NCBI GenBank assembly: GCA_037481775.1
Contig: JBBFKZ010000002.1
Coordinates: forward strand, 64,001 to 128,000
From: Candidatus Bathyarchaeia archaeon
GTDB taxonomy: Archaea; Thermoproteota; Bathyarchaeia; Bathyarchaeales; Bathycorpusculaceae
Direction of reading: 5' to 3'
Length of the DNA: 64,000 bases
In this document: piece by piece, positions 1 to 9,927 of the stretch
How the letters are laid out: every line of letters starts with the position of its first letter
Numbering within the stretch: the first letter of the stretch is position 1
The notes under the pieces: generated by a model
Seen by the model: only the letters and a program-made list of their open reading frames with translations
Database searches by the model: none
What the model was told of the DNA's origin: nothing
Position numbers and translations under genes: made by a program

Positions 1-128
1 GAAATTAAAGCATGATGTAAAGGGTGGATAATAGCCTTTCGATTCAATTAGTCGACTCACAAAAAGAAAAGTCTGCGGTGAAAGCTATTTACCCTCGCTG
101 TACTATTCTCTATTCGAGAGGCAGAAAA

Positions 129-1232
129 GTGAAGATCATTGAGAGGAACCTTCAGCAAGGCTTCGTGAAAGTCATTCCAACCTCAGAGGATGATCTCTGG
201 CACTTGTACAATGTCATCTACAAGGGCGACGAGGTTTACGCTTACTCCTCAAGAGCCATAAAATCCGAGCAGGAGTATTCTCGGCCAAAAAGTGGCGAGC
301 GCATCTCAGCCTTCATGGGCGTGAAGGTGGAATCTGTCAGCTGGGACAAATTCATGGGCAAGCTGCGGGTTCATGGCGTTATCTGCCATGCGCCGGACAT
401 AATTCCGCAAGGCGCGCATCACACGCTTAGCATAGCCCTAAACCAGCCTTTGACAATCGTTAAAAAGGAGTGGCCCAAGCACCTTCTTGACAGGCTAACG
501 CTGGCAAGCAGAACCGAAAAGCCCCTGTTGATAGTGGCTATTGACGACGAGGGCTACGCCATAGCAGAAACAAGGCAGTACGGCGTGGACATTAAAGTGG
601 AAGAGCGCGTAAAGCTGCCCGGCAAGCTGGAAGCTGAAAACCGCTCGGCCGCCGCAAAAGCATACTTCCGCCGCGTGCTGAATAGTTTAGCGCAGCTTTG
701 GACGCCATCGCATAATCCCATTGTGATTATCGGCGTGGGCTTCGTGAAAAATGACTTCGCAAAATTCCTCGCTGAAGAAGCAGCGGACATAGCAAGGTTG
801 GTTGTAGACGTTAAAAGCATAAACAACGGCGGAGCCGCAGGCATTTACGAAGCAGTTCGCTCCGGCGTGCTCTCGAAAGCCGCAAGGCAGCTGCGCATAG
901 TGGACGAGGCTGAGGTCATGGAGGAGGTAATGAAGCGCCTTGGAAAGGGCGACGCCACCGTTGCTTATGGGTTTGAAGCGGTTGAGCACGCGGTGAAAAT
1001 GGGCGCGGTTGAAAAACTGGCCATAGTCGACACGATGCTGCGTAACGCCAACAACGAACAGCGCTTGCACCTTGAAGCACTTATGCAGGCTGTCGAGCAG
1101 CACGGCGGAGACAACACAGTAATCAGTTCGGAGCATGAAGCAGGCGACAAACTTCGCGCCATAGGCGGAGTAGCCGCGTTGCTCAGGTTTCCTATTGCCA
1201 GCGCCACCTCAAGATTGAATAATATGATCTAG
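129..1232 (+). CDS. pelA: mRNA surveillance protein pelota (Dom34)
   Basis: N-terminal 'EDDLWHLYNVI' and C-terminal 'GGVAALLRFPI' eRF1-like motifs. The start is placed at GTG 129 (MKIIERNL) rather than at 24. Confidence 0.95.
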   Translation: MKIIERNLQQGFVKVIPTSEDDLWHLYNVIYKGDEVYAYSSRAIKSEQEYSRPKSGERISAFMGVKVESVSWDKFMGKLRVHGVICHAPDIIPQGAHHTLSIALNQPLTIVKKEWPKHLLDRLTLASRTEKPLLIVAIDDEGYAIAETRQYGVDIKVEERVKLPGKLEAENRSAAAKAYFRRVLNSLAQLWTPSHNPIVIIGVGFVKNDFAKFLAEEAADIARLVVDVKSINNGGAAGIYEAVRSGVLSKAARQLRIVDEAEVMEEVMKRLGKGDATVAYGFEAVEHAVKMGAVEKLAIVDTMLRNANNEQRLHLEALMQAVEQHGGDNTVISSEHEAGDKLRAIGGVAALLRFPIASATSRLNNMI

Positions 1233-1401
1233 CAAGACTACGCTTTAGCGACATGGCGGATGCAGGTTAAACCGTGCTTCACATGCATGATTAATTTGTT
1301 TTATTTGCAACGAGTTCAATTTAGAATCGAATTTTTAAACAAATTTTAATATAACTTTGCACTTTAATTACTGAGTGGAAGTAGTGCGTTAATTATATAA
1401 G

Positions 1402-2454
1402 GTGCGAATGAAAATGAGAAAACCTTGTATAGCTACCTGCGCACTGTTGCTTTTGCTTGCTGCTGCGGCATCAACGCTGGATGTAAAATCGGCAGCGGCG
1501 ATCAAGGTTGCTGTACAGTGGGGTCATCTTGCGCCGTCCGGGTATCCCGCTGGCGAGGGTGATGCTCAGTCTTGGATTTGCAACGAGATTTACTGGAATT
1601 TCTATAATACTGGCACATGGGCGTCTTCAAATGCTTATGGAACCTATACGCAGCTTGGGTATGTGGCTCAAGTGCTTCAGTACTGCCAGTCGCCCAACAA
1701 CGGTGTTACTTGGGCGACGACTTGGTGGGTTGGAGACTTTAAGCCTACGGGAGGAAACCCGCAGCCCTTTGGTTATCTCGGTTTTTACGGGCATAACGGT
1801 CAAGATATTTTTGATTATGATGTCTATAAGTATGCTAACTATTATCTTTGGCCTCCGCCAAACAGCTGGTGGCAGCCCATACCGAGCAAGCAGTACTTTG
1901 CGTTCATATGGACTTGCGCGAATGGTGGGCTTTACTGGTACACTTCGAATGGGGACTGGTACAATGTGCCTGGAATCACTTCTCCAGCGCCTAGCCCGAC
2001 TTATCCGCCGCCTGCTAATCCCAACACCAAATATGGGTTTGTTGTCAACCCCTATTCCACACCGCCTACTGTTGTGGGTATGCCGTTGGCGTGGACTGGT
2101 TCGTCAAGTTTAAGCATTGACGGTTATAATTCTCCTGATTACGGGAGCTACTGCTATGTAGGCTGGGAAACCATTTCACCTTGGATGGTGAACCCTACAG
2201 GCTATGATAGCACGCAGTTTAAATGGTTCCCATACTACTTCTACCGATGTGCGTTGGGATATTATAATAGTGGAACACATCAAACAATACAATACTCCCT
2301 TAACTTTGCCTCACAAATGACACTCGGCACGCCGTTTTATACCTCAAAACTCTATAATGGAGAGTGGAGGAATTCTACTGGGAGTGGCCCTGGGGGCTGG
2401 TGGTATAGTCGCATGCGAGTATTCGGCAACAGTAACTTGATTTTGCCCTATTAA
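1402..2454 (+). CDS. Secreted Tyr/Trp/Gly/Pro-rich hypothetical protein, possibly clan CD peptidase-like fold
   Basis: Signal peptide 'KPCIATCALLLLLAAAAS', plus 'FAFIWTC', 'YCYVGW' and C-terminal 'MRVFGN'. The fold assignment is inference. Confidence 0.7.
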   Translation: MRMKMRKPCIATCALLLLLAAAASTLDVKSAAAIKVAVQWGHLAPSGYPAGEGDAQSWICNEIYWNFYNTGTWASSNAYGTYTQLGYVAQVLQYCQSPNNGVTWATTWWVGDFKPTGGNPQPFGYLGFYGHNGQDIFDYDVYKYANYYLWPPPNSWWQPIPSKQYFAFIWTCANGGLYWYTSNGDWYNVPGITSPAPSPTYPPPANPNTKYGFVVNPYSTPPTVVGMPLAWTGSSSLSIDGYNSPDYGSYCYVGWETISPWMVNPTGYDSTQFKWFPYYFYRCALGYYNSGTHQTIQYSLNFASQMTLGTPFYTSKLYNGEWRNSTGSGPGGWWYSRMRVFGNSNLILPY

Positions 2455-2468
2455 GGAGGGGAAACCGA

Positions 2469-3701
2469 ATGAAACACTTCAAAGAAAAACTGAGTGTTGT
2501 AGCAGTTATTTTGCTGCTGGTATCGGTTCTACTTATTCACGCTTCAGGAGCAGAGGTAACAAATAAAACTAATCCGTTTGGGAAAGATAAACTGTTAGTG
2601 TTCTTAAGCAACGTTATCGGGCTCGACCTTGCCAAGTACAACGTAACCGTCAGTTCTGGAGTAACTTATCCTTACAATTTTGGCGGTCTCGTAAAGCAGG
2701 AAGTAATTAGCTGTCAACTTGATTATAATGGTAGGAAAATAGGCATAATGGGAATCTTTTACAACGAGTATATATTTGCTATCGATATCCTTCCCAATCA
2801 AGGACCATTAATTTACGCGCAACCTCCATCAGCTAACCCCGTTGATGAAGCAAAAAGCATATTACGAAAATACCAAATCTTCGCCAACGACTATGGTATA
2901 ACTACATCTCATCTAACCACAGCGCTCAACATGCTCAACAACGTCAATGAACTAACATCTTCAAGCACAATTTTGGGCAACACAAAACTAGAAGTATCCC
3001 GCATCACATATAATGAAGCAAATTTCAATAGGACCCTTATCAGCTTTAAATGGATTTATACTGCCAATGGAGTTGACGCATACAACAAACGCTTGGAAAT
3101 CACTTTTGAAGACAACGCAACTTATTTCAAAGATACATGGGGCTTTTTCACCATTGGTTGCTTTAGCGTTATTTCTGAGGCGGAAGCGGTAGAGATAGCT
3201 TTTGCCGCGGCGAAAAGTTACAATTTGACTTTGGTTGGCGAAGATGGCGTTTTGATCCCTGCGCAACCTGACTGGTCAGGCATGACTTACACTATTGCTC
3301 TCAACATGATACCTGGACAGATATACAACCGAGACCCAAATGACCATTTCGTGAATCCCGGCAGCGCGGTTAGGGATCCTTTGGCGCTTTATCCGTTATG
3401 GGAGTCAGTGTTTTATTTCGGCAAGAATATTGGGCAAACCGTTGGCATAGCCGTGGGCGTTTGGGGCGACACGAAGGAAATTGCCTACATCACCCCATAC
3501 GGTTACCTCGGAGACATGGGGGGAAACCAAACGGCGCCGGTTGCAACGTCGCCGTCGGCTGAGCCTTCAGTTGCGCCTTCTGAGACTCCAGTGGAACCCG
3601 AAAACAATTCGTTATCAAGCGCTTATCTGCTGCTCGGCTTATGTATAACGGTAGCGGTGGTTACCGCAGCTGCAATAGCGCTCAGAAAGCGAAGCAGATA
3701 G
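2469..3701 (+). CDS. Secreted, C-terminally membrane-anchored protein with a PepSY-like segment
   Basis: SD GGAGG upstream, signal peptide, 'ISEAEAVEIAFAAAK', Pro/Ser/Thr linker, C-terminal TM and basic tail LRKRSR. Confidence 0.75.
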   Translation: MKHFKEKLSVVAVILLLVSVLLIHASGAEVTNKTNPFGKDKLLVFLSNVIGLDLAKYNVTVSSGVTYPYNFGGLVKQEVISCQLDYNGRKIGIMGIFYNEYIFAIDILPNQGPLIYAQPPSANPVDEAKSILRKYQIFANDYGITTSHLTTALNMLNNVNELTSSSTILGNTKLEVSRITYNEANFNRTLISFKWIYTANGVDAYNKRLEITFEDNATYFKDTWGFFTIGCFSVISEAEAVEIAFAAAKSYNLTLVGEDGVLIPAQPDWSGMTYTIALNMIPGQIYNRDPNDHFVNPGSAVRDPLALYPLWESVFYFGKNIGQTVGIAVGVWGDTKEIAYITPYGYLGDMGGNQTAPVATSPSAEPSVAPSETPVEPENNSLSSAYLLLGLCITVAVVTAAAIALRKRSR

Positions 3702-3712
3702 CACGCTTTTCC

Positions 3713-3731
3713 TTCCCTTCTCTTTTCTTTT
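3713..3731 (+). terminator. Pyrimidine/oligo-T archaeal terminator
   Basis: TTCCCTTCTCTTTTCTTTT just after the stop. Near-identical tracts follow the genes ending at 37314 and 44886. Confidence 0.55.
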
Positions 3732-3861
3732 CGATTTTTCAATCAACATACTACAAACGTACTCATGCGATAAAAGACGTAAACTGCGCCCATAGACACT
3801 TTATAAAGAGATTATGTTATATACTTGTGCATATTTAAATAGAGAAGAAACGGGAATCTAA

Positions 3862-4425
3862 ATGAGCAAAAGAAAACCAATAATCTCAATCCAAAACATT
3901 GTAGCCTCAGTTTCGCTAAACCAGAAAATCGACCTGCAAGAAATAGTGGACAAATTCCCTCAGACCGAGTATAACCCAAACGTGTTCCCCGGCTTGGTTT
4001 TCCGCCTTAAAGAGCCTAAGACGGCCACACTGATTTTTGGAACAGGAAAGATGGTGTGCACCGGCGCCAAATCCGAGAAGGAATCGCGGGCGGCTGTGGA
4101 AAAAGTGGTTAATGAACTGCGAAGCAAAGGCGTCCAAATAACAGAGAAACCCGTAGTGAACATCCAGAACATTGTTGCCTCCGCGGAGTTAGGCGGCGAA
4201 ATAGACCTTGAAAGCCTCGTGTTCAAACTCAGCAGAGTCATGTATGAACCAGAGCAGTTCCCCGGCGCAGTCTACCGAATGGACGAGCCTCCAGTGGTCT
4301 TCCTAATCTTTTCAGCCGGCAAGCTTGTTTGCGTAGGCGCCAAGAAGGAAGAGCAAGTTTACGAAGCCGTCGACAAAATCCAGAGGATACTTGAAGAGAA
4401 AAACCTAATCTATTACAGCGACTAA
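3862..4425 (+). CDS. tbp: TATA-box binding protein
   Basis: Two TBP repeats: 'IQNIVAS...YNPNVFPGLVFR...IFGTGKMVCTGAKS' and 'IQNIVAS...YEPEQFPGAVYR...IFSAGKLVCVGAK'. Confidence 0.99.
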   Translation: MSKRKPIISIQNIVASVSLNQKIDLQEIVDKFPQTEYNPNVFPGLVFRLKEPKTATLIFGTGKMVCTGAKSEKESRAAVEKVVNELRSKGVQITEKPVVNIQNIVASAELGGEIDLESLVFKLSRVMYEPEQFPGAVYRMDEPPVVFLIFSAGKLVCVGAKKEEQVYEAVDKIQRILEEKNLIYYSD

Positions 4426-5138
4426 GCTTCGCTCTTCAGCTTTCGCCGCACTGCCGGGTTTTCGTCTGCTAGCTTCCGCAGTGCCATCTCAAAAGTTTCC
4501 TCTGGCGTTATTTCCCTTTTTATGAATACGCCTGTTCTGCCCACTTCATCCCTCTTTAGCAGGGCACGAACTCGGTCACGCACAGTTTCGACTGACACGT
4601 CGAGAATTTTGGCTGTGTAATCCTCGCGGCCGATTATGCTACTTTCCAAATGCCCCTGTGCTGTAGGTTCAATAAGCATTAGCCTCTTGTCCACGCCTGC
4701 CACACGCACGTTTGCTTCTAACTGCGGGAGGGTTATTTCGCCGCCAAACCTGTAGAATTCCCGTTCAACTTTACGCATTCGCATTAGTGGGAAGGAAACG
4801 CTTGTCTGCTCATCTATCACTATATGCGCTTTCATTGTGTAGACTGGCGTGGCCTGAACCAGCAAACGCGCGTTAATGGGTATTCCCGCCCTCGCCAAGG
4901 CAGTTTCCACCTGGAAAGACGAGGAAGGCTCAGCTATGAAGACGTCTATGTCGCTTCTCTCATTTACGTCGCCTCTGGCTATACTGCCATGCACTAGTGC
5001 TTGCAAGTGGCATTGCACCAACGCGGACATTATGCGCTTGGCTTTTTCACGGTACTCCCTGAGCAGCTGCCAATGCTTACTGCTGTATGTGACTTCACGG
5101 TGCTCCCATTGTTTTTTCGGCTTTACAGCCATTTTCAT
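4422..5138 (-). CDS. Pol-beta superfamily nucleotidyltransferase (COG2413-like)
   Basis: 'HGSIARGDV..SDIDVF' motif and 'EFYRFGG', 'GVDKRL', 'GRTGVF' segments. Confidence 0.85.
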   Translation of the reverse strand: MKMAVKPKKQWEHREVTYSSKHWQLLREYREKAKRIMSALVQCHLQALVHGSIARGDVNERSDIDVFIAEPSSSFQVETALARAGIPINARLLVQATPVYTMKAHIVIDEQTSVSFPLMRMRKVEREFYRFGGEITLPQLEANVRVAGVDKRLMLIEPTAQGHLESSIIGREDYTAKILDVSVETVRDRVRALLKRDEVGRTGVFIKREITPEETFEMALRKLADENPAVRRKLKSEA

Positions 5139-5214
5139 CGTCTCTTTACGGAATATGTGCAAATGTGTTTATTTAGTAATTGTTAATCAAGACATTACCA
5201 GCGTGAAAGAGTCC

Positions 5215-6165
5215 ATGTGCCCGTATGCTGCTGCCGCTGTTTGCTCCGTCTGCAAACGCAGAGACGCGTTCTTTTTTAGGCGTTACTCTGGTGAAAGACT
5301 TTGCTGCAAATGCTTTGTAGAGTCCATTGAAGCCAAGGTGCGGGTGACCATTGCTAAGTATAAGATGTTCAGTTTTGATGATCGGATAGCGGTGGCAGTT
5401 TCCGGCGGCAAAGATAGTATAAGCTTACTGCATATTTTGGCGAAGATAGAGCGGCGGCATCCGAAGGCTTCGCTGGTCGCTGTTACTGTGGATGAGGGCA
5501 TAAAGGGCTACCGAGACGAAGCCTTGGCTATCGCAGTGAAGAACTGCAAGGTGCTGGGCGTAGAGCATCATGTAGTCGCTTTTAAGGAGCTTTACGGCCT
5601 TACGTTGGACGAAATAATTGCGAAGGCACGCGAGAAGTGCGAGTTGGAGTTGACGCCGTGCGCTTACTGCGGTGTTCTACGGAGGCGAGCGTTGAACGTG
5701 GCTGCCAGAGAGGTTGGCGCTGACAAGCTTGCAACGGCGCATACTCTGGATGACGAGGCGCAAACGATTCTATTGAACATTTTTCGCGGTGACATCCTGC
5801 GGTTGGCCAAAGAAAAGCCAGTTACGGATGAGGTGCATCCGCGATTTGTGCAGAAGGTTCGACCGTTCTGCGAGATTCCCGAGAAAGAAAGCGCCTTGTA
5901 CGCGTATGTTAAGAAAATCAAGTTCCAGGATGTGCCATGTCCATACGCCTCAGAGGCGTTACGGAATGAAATGCGCCTTATGCTTAACCGCATGGAAGAG
6001 CGACATCCGGGAACAAAATTCGCTGTCTTCAAGTCCATAGAACGCTTAAGACCTGCACTGGATGAAATCGGCCGAAAGGCTGGCTTCAAAGAGTGCGTTG
6101 CTTGCGGTGAACCCGCGGCTGCAGAGTTATGCCGAGTCTGCGAGTTTCTACGGCGAATAAGTTGA
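5215..6165 (+). CDS. ttuA: tRNA 2-thiolation protein, TtuA/Ncs6 family (TIGR00269-like)
   Basis: N-terminal CxxC...CxxC Zn finger, PP-loop 'SGGKDS', 'CAYCGVLRR', 'TAHTLDD', 'CPY' and C-terminal Zn finger. The 4876 start overlaps the divergent gene and is rejected. Confidence 0.9.
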   Translation: MCPYAAAAVCSVCKRRDAFFFRRYSGERLCCKCFVESIEAKVRVTIAKYKMFSFDDRIAVAVSGGKDSISLLHILAKIERRHPKASLVAVTVDEGIKGYRDEALAIAVKNCKVLGVEHHVVAFKELYGLTLDEIIAKAREKCELELTPCAYCGVLRRRALNVAAREVGADKLATAHTLDDEAQTILLNIFRGDILRLAKEKPVTDEVHPRFVQKVRPFCEIPEKESALYAYVKKIKFQDVPCPYASEALRNEMRLMLNRMEERHPGTKFAVFKSIERLRPALDEIGRKAGFKECVACGEPAAAELCRVCEFLRRIS

Positions 6166-6167
6166 GG

Positions 6168-6371
6168 TCAGCTACGGCTGAAGCCCTTTTTTGCTTTCAA
6201 GTTCCGCAGTATTTCAGAAGCTTCAAAAGCGGTTTCGGCCCTGGCAACACGCTTCGCTTTTCGTGTTTCCACATGTGTGCCGCAGTATGGGCAGGTTTTC
6301 GTTTTCTGTCCCTCTGGAGTGAGGAATAAGCCTCCGCATTTGCTGCAGGCGATGATTAGAGTTGGCTTAAT
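6168..6371 (-). CDS. Small Zn-ribbon protein (DUF1922-like)
   Basis: 'CSKCGG...KTCPYCG' followed by 'VARAETAFEASE'. Probable ATT start 7 nt after SD GGAGGCG. Confidence 0.75.
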   Translation of the reverse strand: MKPTLIIACSKCGGLFLTPEGQKTKTCPYCGTHVETRKAKRVARAETAFEASEILRNLKAKKGFSRS

Positions 6372-6438
6372 GTGGATGCGCCTCCGAAAGACTTTTCCGC
6401 AGTCAGTTAAATAACGTTTAGGTTGAGGGAGACGTGTC

Positions 6439-6804
6439 ATGGGCAGTGATGAGGGCCAGGTGAAAACGCAGCTGCGTTTAGTTGATCTTGCATTGCGCTA
6501 TTTCAAGAAGGAAGGCTACAAGATTAATCAAGAGAACGCTGTCATCGAAGGCTACAGTGGCATACCTCGCAAGTTCGACCTTATTGTTCAGAAGGGCAAG
6601 TTGGAGCAGGGTGTTTGGATCCGCGGCTGGAACAGGACGATAGGCGTTAATCTTGTCATCAGCCTGGACACAGCCTCTGAAGATGTGGGTTTATCGAATC
6701 CCATATTGATAGGTGAAAAATTTAGCGATCACGCAAAGTCTTATTCGAACAGGCGTAAGATTACGCTTTTGACGCGGCAAAAAATAGCTATGAGCCTTAG
6801 ATGA
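6439..6804 (+). CDS. Mrr-like restriction endonuclease-fold protein with degenerate active site
   Basis: 'YFKKEGYKI...EGYSG...FDLIV...FSDHAKSY...ITLL' resembles Mrr_cat. The (E/Q)xK motif is replaced by 'WIR'. Confidence 0.65.
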   Translation: MGSDEGQVKTQLRLVDLALRYFKKEGYKINQENAVIEGYSGIPRKFDLIVQKGKLEQGVWIRGWNRTIGVNLVISLDTASEDVGLSNPILIGEKFSDHAKSYSNRRKITLLTRQKIAMSLR

Positions 6805-6807
6805 AGG

Positions 6808-7392
6808 CTATATTCTCAAGTACTCGTCTATGAGATTCTGCTTCTCCAGCAGGCTCAACCAGTCCACGCTGCCCACCACACATTTTGCGCGGTTATCCAA
6901 AACGGCGAGTATCTGATTTGCAACTTCCTCCACAGTCTTGCCTGTTACATCTAATTCGCATACCTTTCCATTTTCATGCGTCTGCAGCGTTTCCACAAGG
7001 CAGACGTCTAGGATTTCGGCGGCGAGGTTCTCCCAAAGCTTGTCACCTGCGAAGCCGCGTTGCTCCATGAGTCTGCGGAGTTCTACAGGGTTTCGGCGGA
7101 GAACGAATATGCGCGTGACATAGCGTTTCGGAACAACGGCGTATGCATAGTGCCCGTCAATAATGACGGTTGCCTTCTCCGCTGTGTTTATTGCTTCGGC
7201 GATTTTCGCGCGCATTTTTTCCTCGGCAATTACGCGGGTTTTCCGCTTCTCATCCTCGCCAGCGATTAAGTGATGTTTTTCAGCGAATTCGGTGAGGTTA
7301 ATGTAAAGTGCATCCAGCTTCTCGGCAAGCCGCTGGGCTACTGTGGTTTTTCCAACGCATGGTGTGCCAGTTATGAGTATAACCTGCTTCAT
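6808..7392 (-). CDS. adkA: Adenylate kinase AK6/Fap7 family
   Basis: P-loop 'ITGTPCVGKTT', 'IDGHY', and 'RGF...KLWENLAAEILD'. Confidence 0.9.
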   Translation of the reverse strand: MKQVILITGTPCVGKTTVAQRLAEKLDALYINLTEFAEKHHLIAGEDEKRKTRVIAEEKMRAKIAEAINTAEKATVIIDGHYAYAVVPKRYVTRIFVLRRNPVELRRLMEQRGFAGDKLWENLAAEILDVCLVETLQTHENGKVCELDVTGKTVEEVANQILAVLDNRAKCVVGSVDWLSLLEKQNLIDEYLRI

Positions 7393-7477
7393 AGGCTTAT
7401 TTGAGTGGATAGGTGTAGTTATCGGTTGTGCTTAGCCGCGGATATGTTTATTGGCTGCCGCCGCGTTTATCTATATT

Positions 7478-7797
7478 GGGCTGGCGAGTTGGCGTGTGGC
7501 TTTCGTTCCCTCTTCGGGAATGAGGAAACTCCGCCCACATGTAGAATTGCAGCCCCTTCAGTGGGGCAAGGCGAGAGCCTTGGCTACAGAGCAGAAACGA
7601 AACGTCCACGTGGCAAGTGAATATGAGGCATGCTAAGTTGCCGAGTGATGCCTTGTGGAAGCGGTGAAACGGCTGTCCTGCAAGTGGAAAGGGCAAACAG
7701 TCGCCGATGAGGCTTCTACCCGAGGGCGCGGGTAGCCCGATTAGCCGAATGCCACAATTAGACAACAGAAGGCGGGTTATGTCCAACACGCCAGTCC
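7478..7797 (+). ncRNA. rnpB: Archaeal RNase P RNA
   Basis: Conserved GAGGAAACTCCGCCCAC, GCAGAAAC, TGAAACGG and AACAGAAGGCGGGTTA. Terminal P1 helix GGGCTGGCG-A-GTTGG pairs with CCAAC-A-CGCCAGTCC. Confidence 0.95.
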
Positions 7798-7992
7798 TCT
7801 AAATAGCGCACAAAAGCGTAGCTTCACAAAGAAAACACGTTTAAAAACAAGAATAAATGAAATTGGCTAAGGAAGGGCTTTCTTTAAGGCTATTGCTTTT
7901 ATCTATAGCCTATTATGACTTGCGTTCGGAAAGCTTAATTATGCCTTGTGCTATGGAGCTTCATTTAAGCTGAACTTAATGGAGGTTAATGT

Positions 7993-8406
7993 CTGGATTC
8001 GGCTAATAAATCGCGGGTCAAAGTGTTTTTAGGAATAGCCGCCGCGATTATTGTGGTTTTGCCTGTTGCTTACTCAGCGCTTACCTACAGCCGAGTTTTA
8101 GTTGATTTTCCAGTCTCATTTACCATCGGAGCAGACGCTAGAAACGTGGAGTTCGAAGTTCCATTTCTTCATGAATATGTGAAAGTTGAGGTTTACATTC
8201 GCAATGGCAACTCGCTGTGGACAGCTAAAATCCTAAGCGGCGAAGATGTCTTGTGGAGTCACACCACTACACAGCGAGGACAGACAACCTACAGCAGCGA
8301 GTGGCTAAAGCTACCCAGCGGCCGCTACAACTTTACGTTTGCAACCGCCGGCATAGGCTCTCTAGAAGCAGAGATCAAGCTAACATCGAAAGGCGGCTTC
8401 TGGTGA
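7993..8406 (+). CDS. Small membrane-anchored beta-rich hypothetical protein
   Basis: N-terminal TM helix then beta-sandwich-like 'WLKLPSGRYNFTF'. SD GGAGGT precedes an in-frame CTG at 7993; GTG at 8023 is the alternative start. Confidence 0.65.
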   Translation: MDSANKSRVKVFLGIAAAIIVVLPVAYSALTYSRVLVDFPVSFTIGADARNVEFEVPFLHEYVKVEVYIRNGNSLWTAKILSGEDVLWSHTTTQRGQTTYSSEWLKLPSGRYNFTFATAGIGSLEAEIKLTSKGGFW

Positions 8407-8682
8407 AAATACAGCGCCAAACAAACTGTAGTAGCTCTCAGAAAGCGCTCTGCTCTCTTGGTCAGCATCAACACAACCCTAAGACGCTATAAGAGTAAAA
8501 ACAAGAGTAGATTCGTGTGGGTTTTCGCTGCGTTGTCGGGTTCAAAGCGGCGCAGCTAATTTATTAAAAGCCTAAAAATTTCCTTAAGCATCGCTTTTTA
8601 CTGATTCAGCTAAATAGGCACATTGTAAGTTATCTAAAAAATTTATAACCCGTGAATTTTACACTTAAAGTAACTGATCATT

Positions 8683-9813
8683 ATGAGGAACGCAGCATTT
8701 TTTGCGTGGGGCATCTTAAACCCCGGATCGATGAGCCTAATTTCAGCCGTTTTACTTGTTGCCATATCTTCAGCCCTTGTTCAAGGTTTCGAGGTAACTG
8801 ACACCATAATTTTGGAGCGCTTCGGCGGCTATTACGGCTTAGCCTATAATCCTGACAAGGGCGAAATCTTCCTGACAAACGGCGACTTCCACCTTGTATA
8901 CGTAATCTCTGACCAGACGCATTCCGTAGGCGCAACCATACCCGTAGGGCATATACCCTCCGCAATAACCTATAACCAAGAGAAGGGAGAGCTACTTGTA
9001 ACCAATTTTGGCTCAGACTCGGTGTCCGTAATCTCCGCCAGCAATTACATGGTGACTGCAACGATACCAGTTGGGCACAAGCCCATGGGCGTAGCCTCCG
9101 CGCCGGATAAAGGGAAAATTTTCGTAGCTAACTACGGCGCTGGCACGGTCTCCGTAATATCCGATAGCGACTTCTCGCTAATTGCAACAGTGCCGGTGGG
9201 GGAAATGCCGTGCGCCTTAACCTACGACCATGCCCGGGGAGAAGTATATGTGGGCCATGCTGGCTGCAATCAAGTCATAGCGCTCTCAGCTGACACGCAT
9301 CGCATTGTTGCAAACATAACCGTAGACGGGTTGCCCACAAGCTTGGAGTATGCGGCGGATAGAGGCGAAATTTATGTAGTCAACCACAATTTCAGCTCAG
9401 TTTCGGCCATATCAACGGGTAATTACGCTGTAGTCGCAACCATACCTGTAGGAAACCAGCCTTCCGCCATAGCATATGACCGCGGAAGCGGGCTGGTATT
9501 CGTGGCAAACTTCAAGTCGAAATCCATATCCGTCATAGCCGCAGAAAACAAAACTGTGGTTGCAACCATACCTTTGGAGGGCGAACCACAAGGCATATGC
9601 TACGATTCTGGCAAAAAAGAGCTTTATGTGGCCTTCTCTGAAAGCCACAAGGTCACAGTGATCTCTGTCTTATCGCCGAACGCAACCCATACCATCCAAA
9701 ATGAGTATATCGCGTATACCCTACTTATTGCGGTCTCTGTCTCAATAGCGCTCTTGATCCTTACTGTTTCAATCTACAAAAGCCTCAGATTGAGGCGTAT
9801 ACCCAATAAGTAA
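8683..9813 (+). CDS. YVTN/YncE-type beta-propeller surface protein
   Basis: Seven roughly 42-aa repeats of the form 'ATIPVG..P.xxAY....xxxV.N..S.SVSVI', signal peptide and C-terminal TM. Confidence 0.9.
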   Translation: MRNAAFFAWGILNPGSMSLISAVLLVAISSALVQGFEVTDTIILERFGGYYGLAYNPDKGEIFLTNGDFHLVYVISDQTHSVGATIPVGHIPSAITYNQEKGELLVTNFGSDSVSVISASNYMVTATIPVGHKPMGVASAPDKGKIFVANYGAGTVSVISDSDFSLIATVPVGEMPCALTYDHARGEVYVGHAGCNQVIALSADTHRIVANITVDGLPTSLEYAADRGEIYVVNHNFSSVSAISTGNYAVVATIPVGNQPSAIAYDRGSGLVFVANFKSKSISVIAAENKTVVATIPLEGEPQGICYDSGKKELYVAFSESHKVTVISVLSPNATHTIQNEYIAYTLLIAVSVSIALLILTVSIYKSLRLRRIPNK

Positions 9814-9927
9814 ACAAAAAATTTTTGCCAAACCCCTATGTCTACCGCATTTTTCGTGAGGCGTTGCTTCATACAATTGCGTCCATAGCAAATTAGAAAA
9901 AAAGGTTAGCGTGGGTGTTTCGTGTTC

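Noticed and set aside
4876-5214. Long N-terminal extension of ttuA
   Set aside because: It is antisense to the nucleotidyltransferase gene. The family Zn finger starts after 5215.
7405-7789. ORFs 7405-7620, 7448-7789 and 7451-7636
   Set aside because: They overlap the RNase P RNA gene and have no protein motifs.
8527-8556. G-U-rich hairpin with a T-loop-like GGTTCAAA
   Set aside because: No cloverleaf and no second copy. Insufficient for a tRNA fragment or att site.
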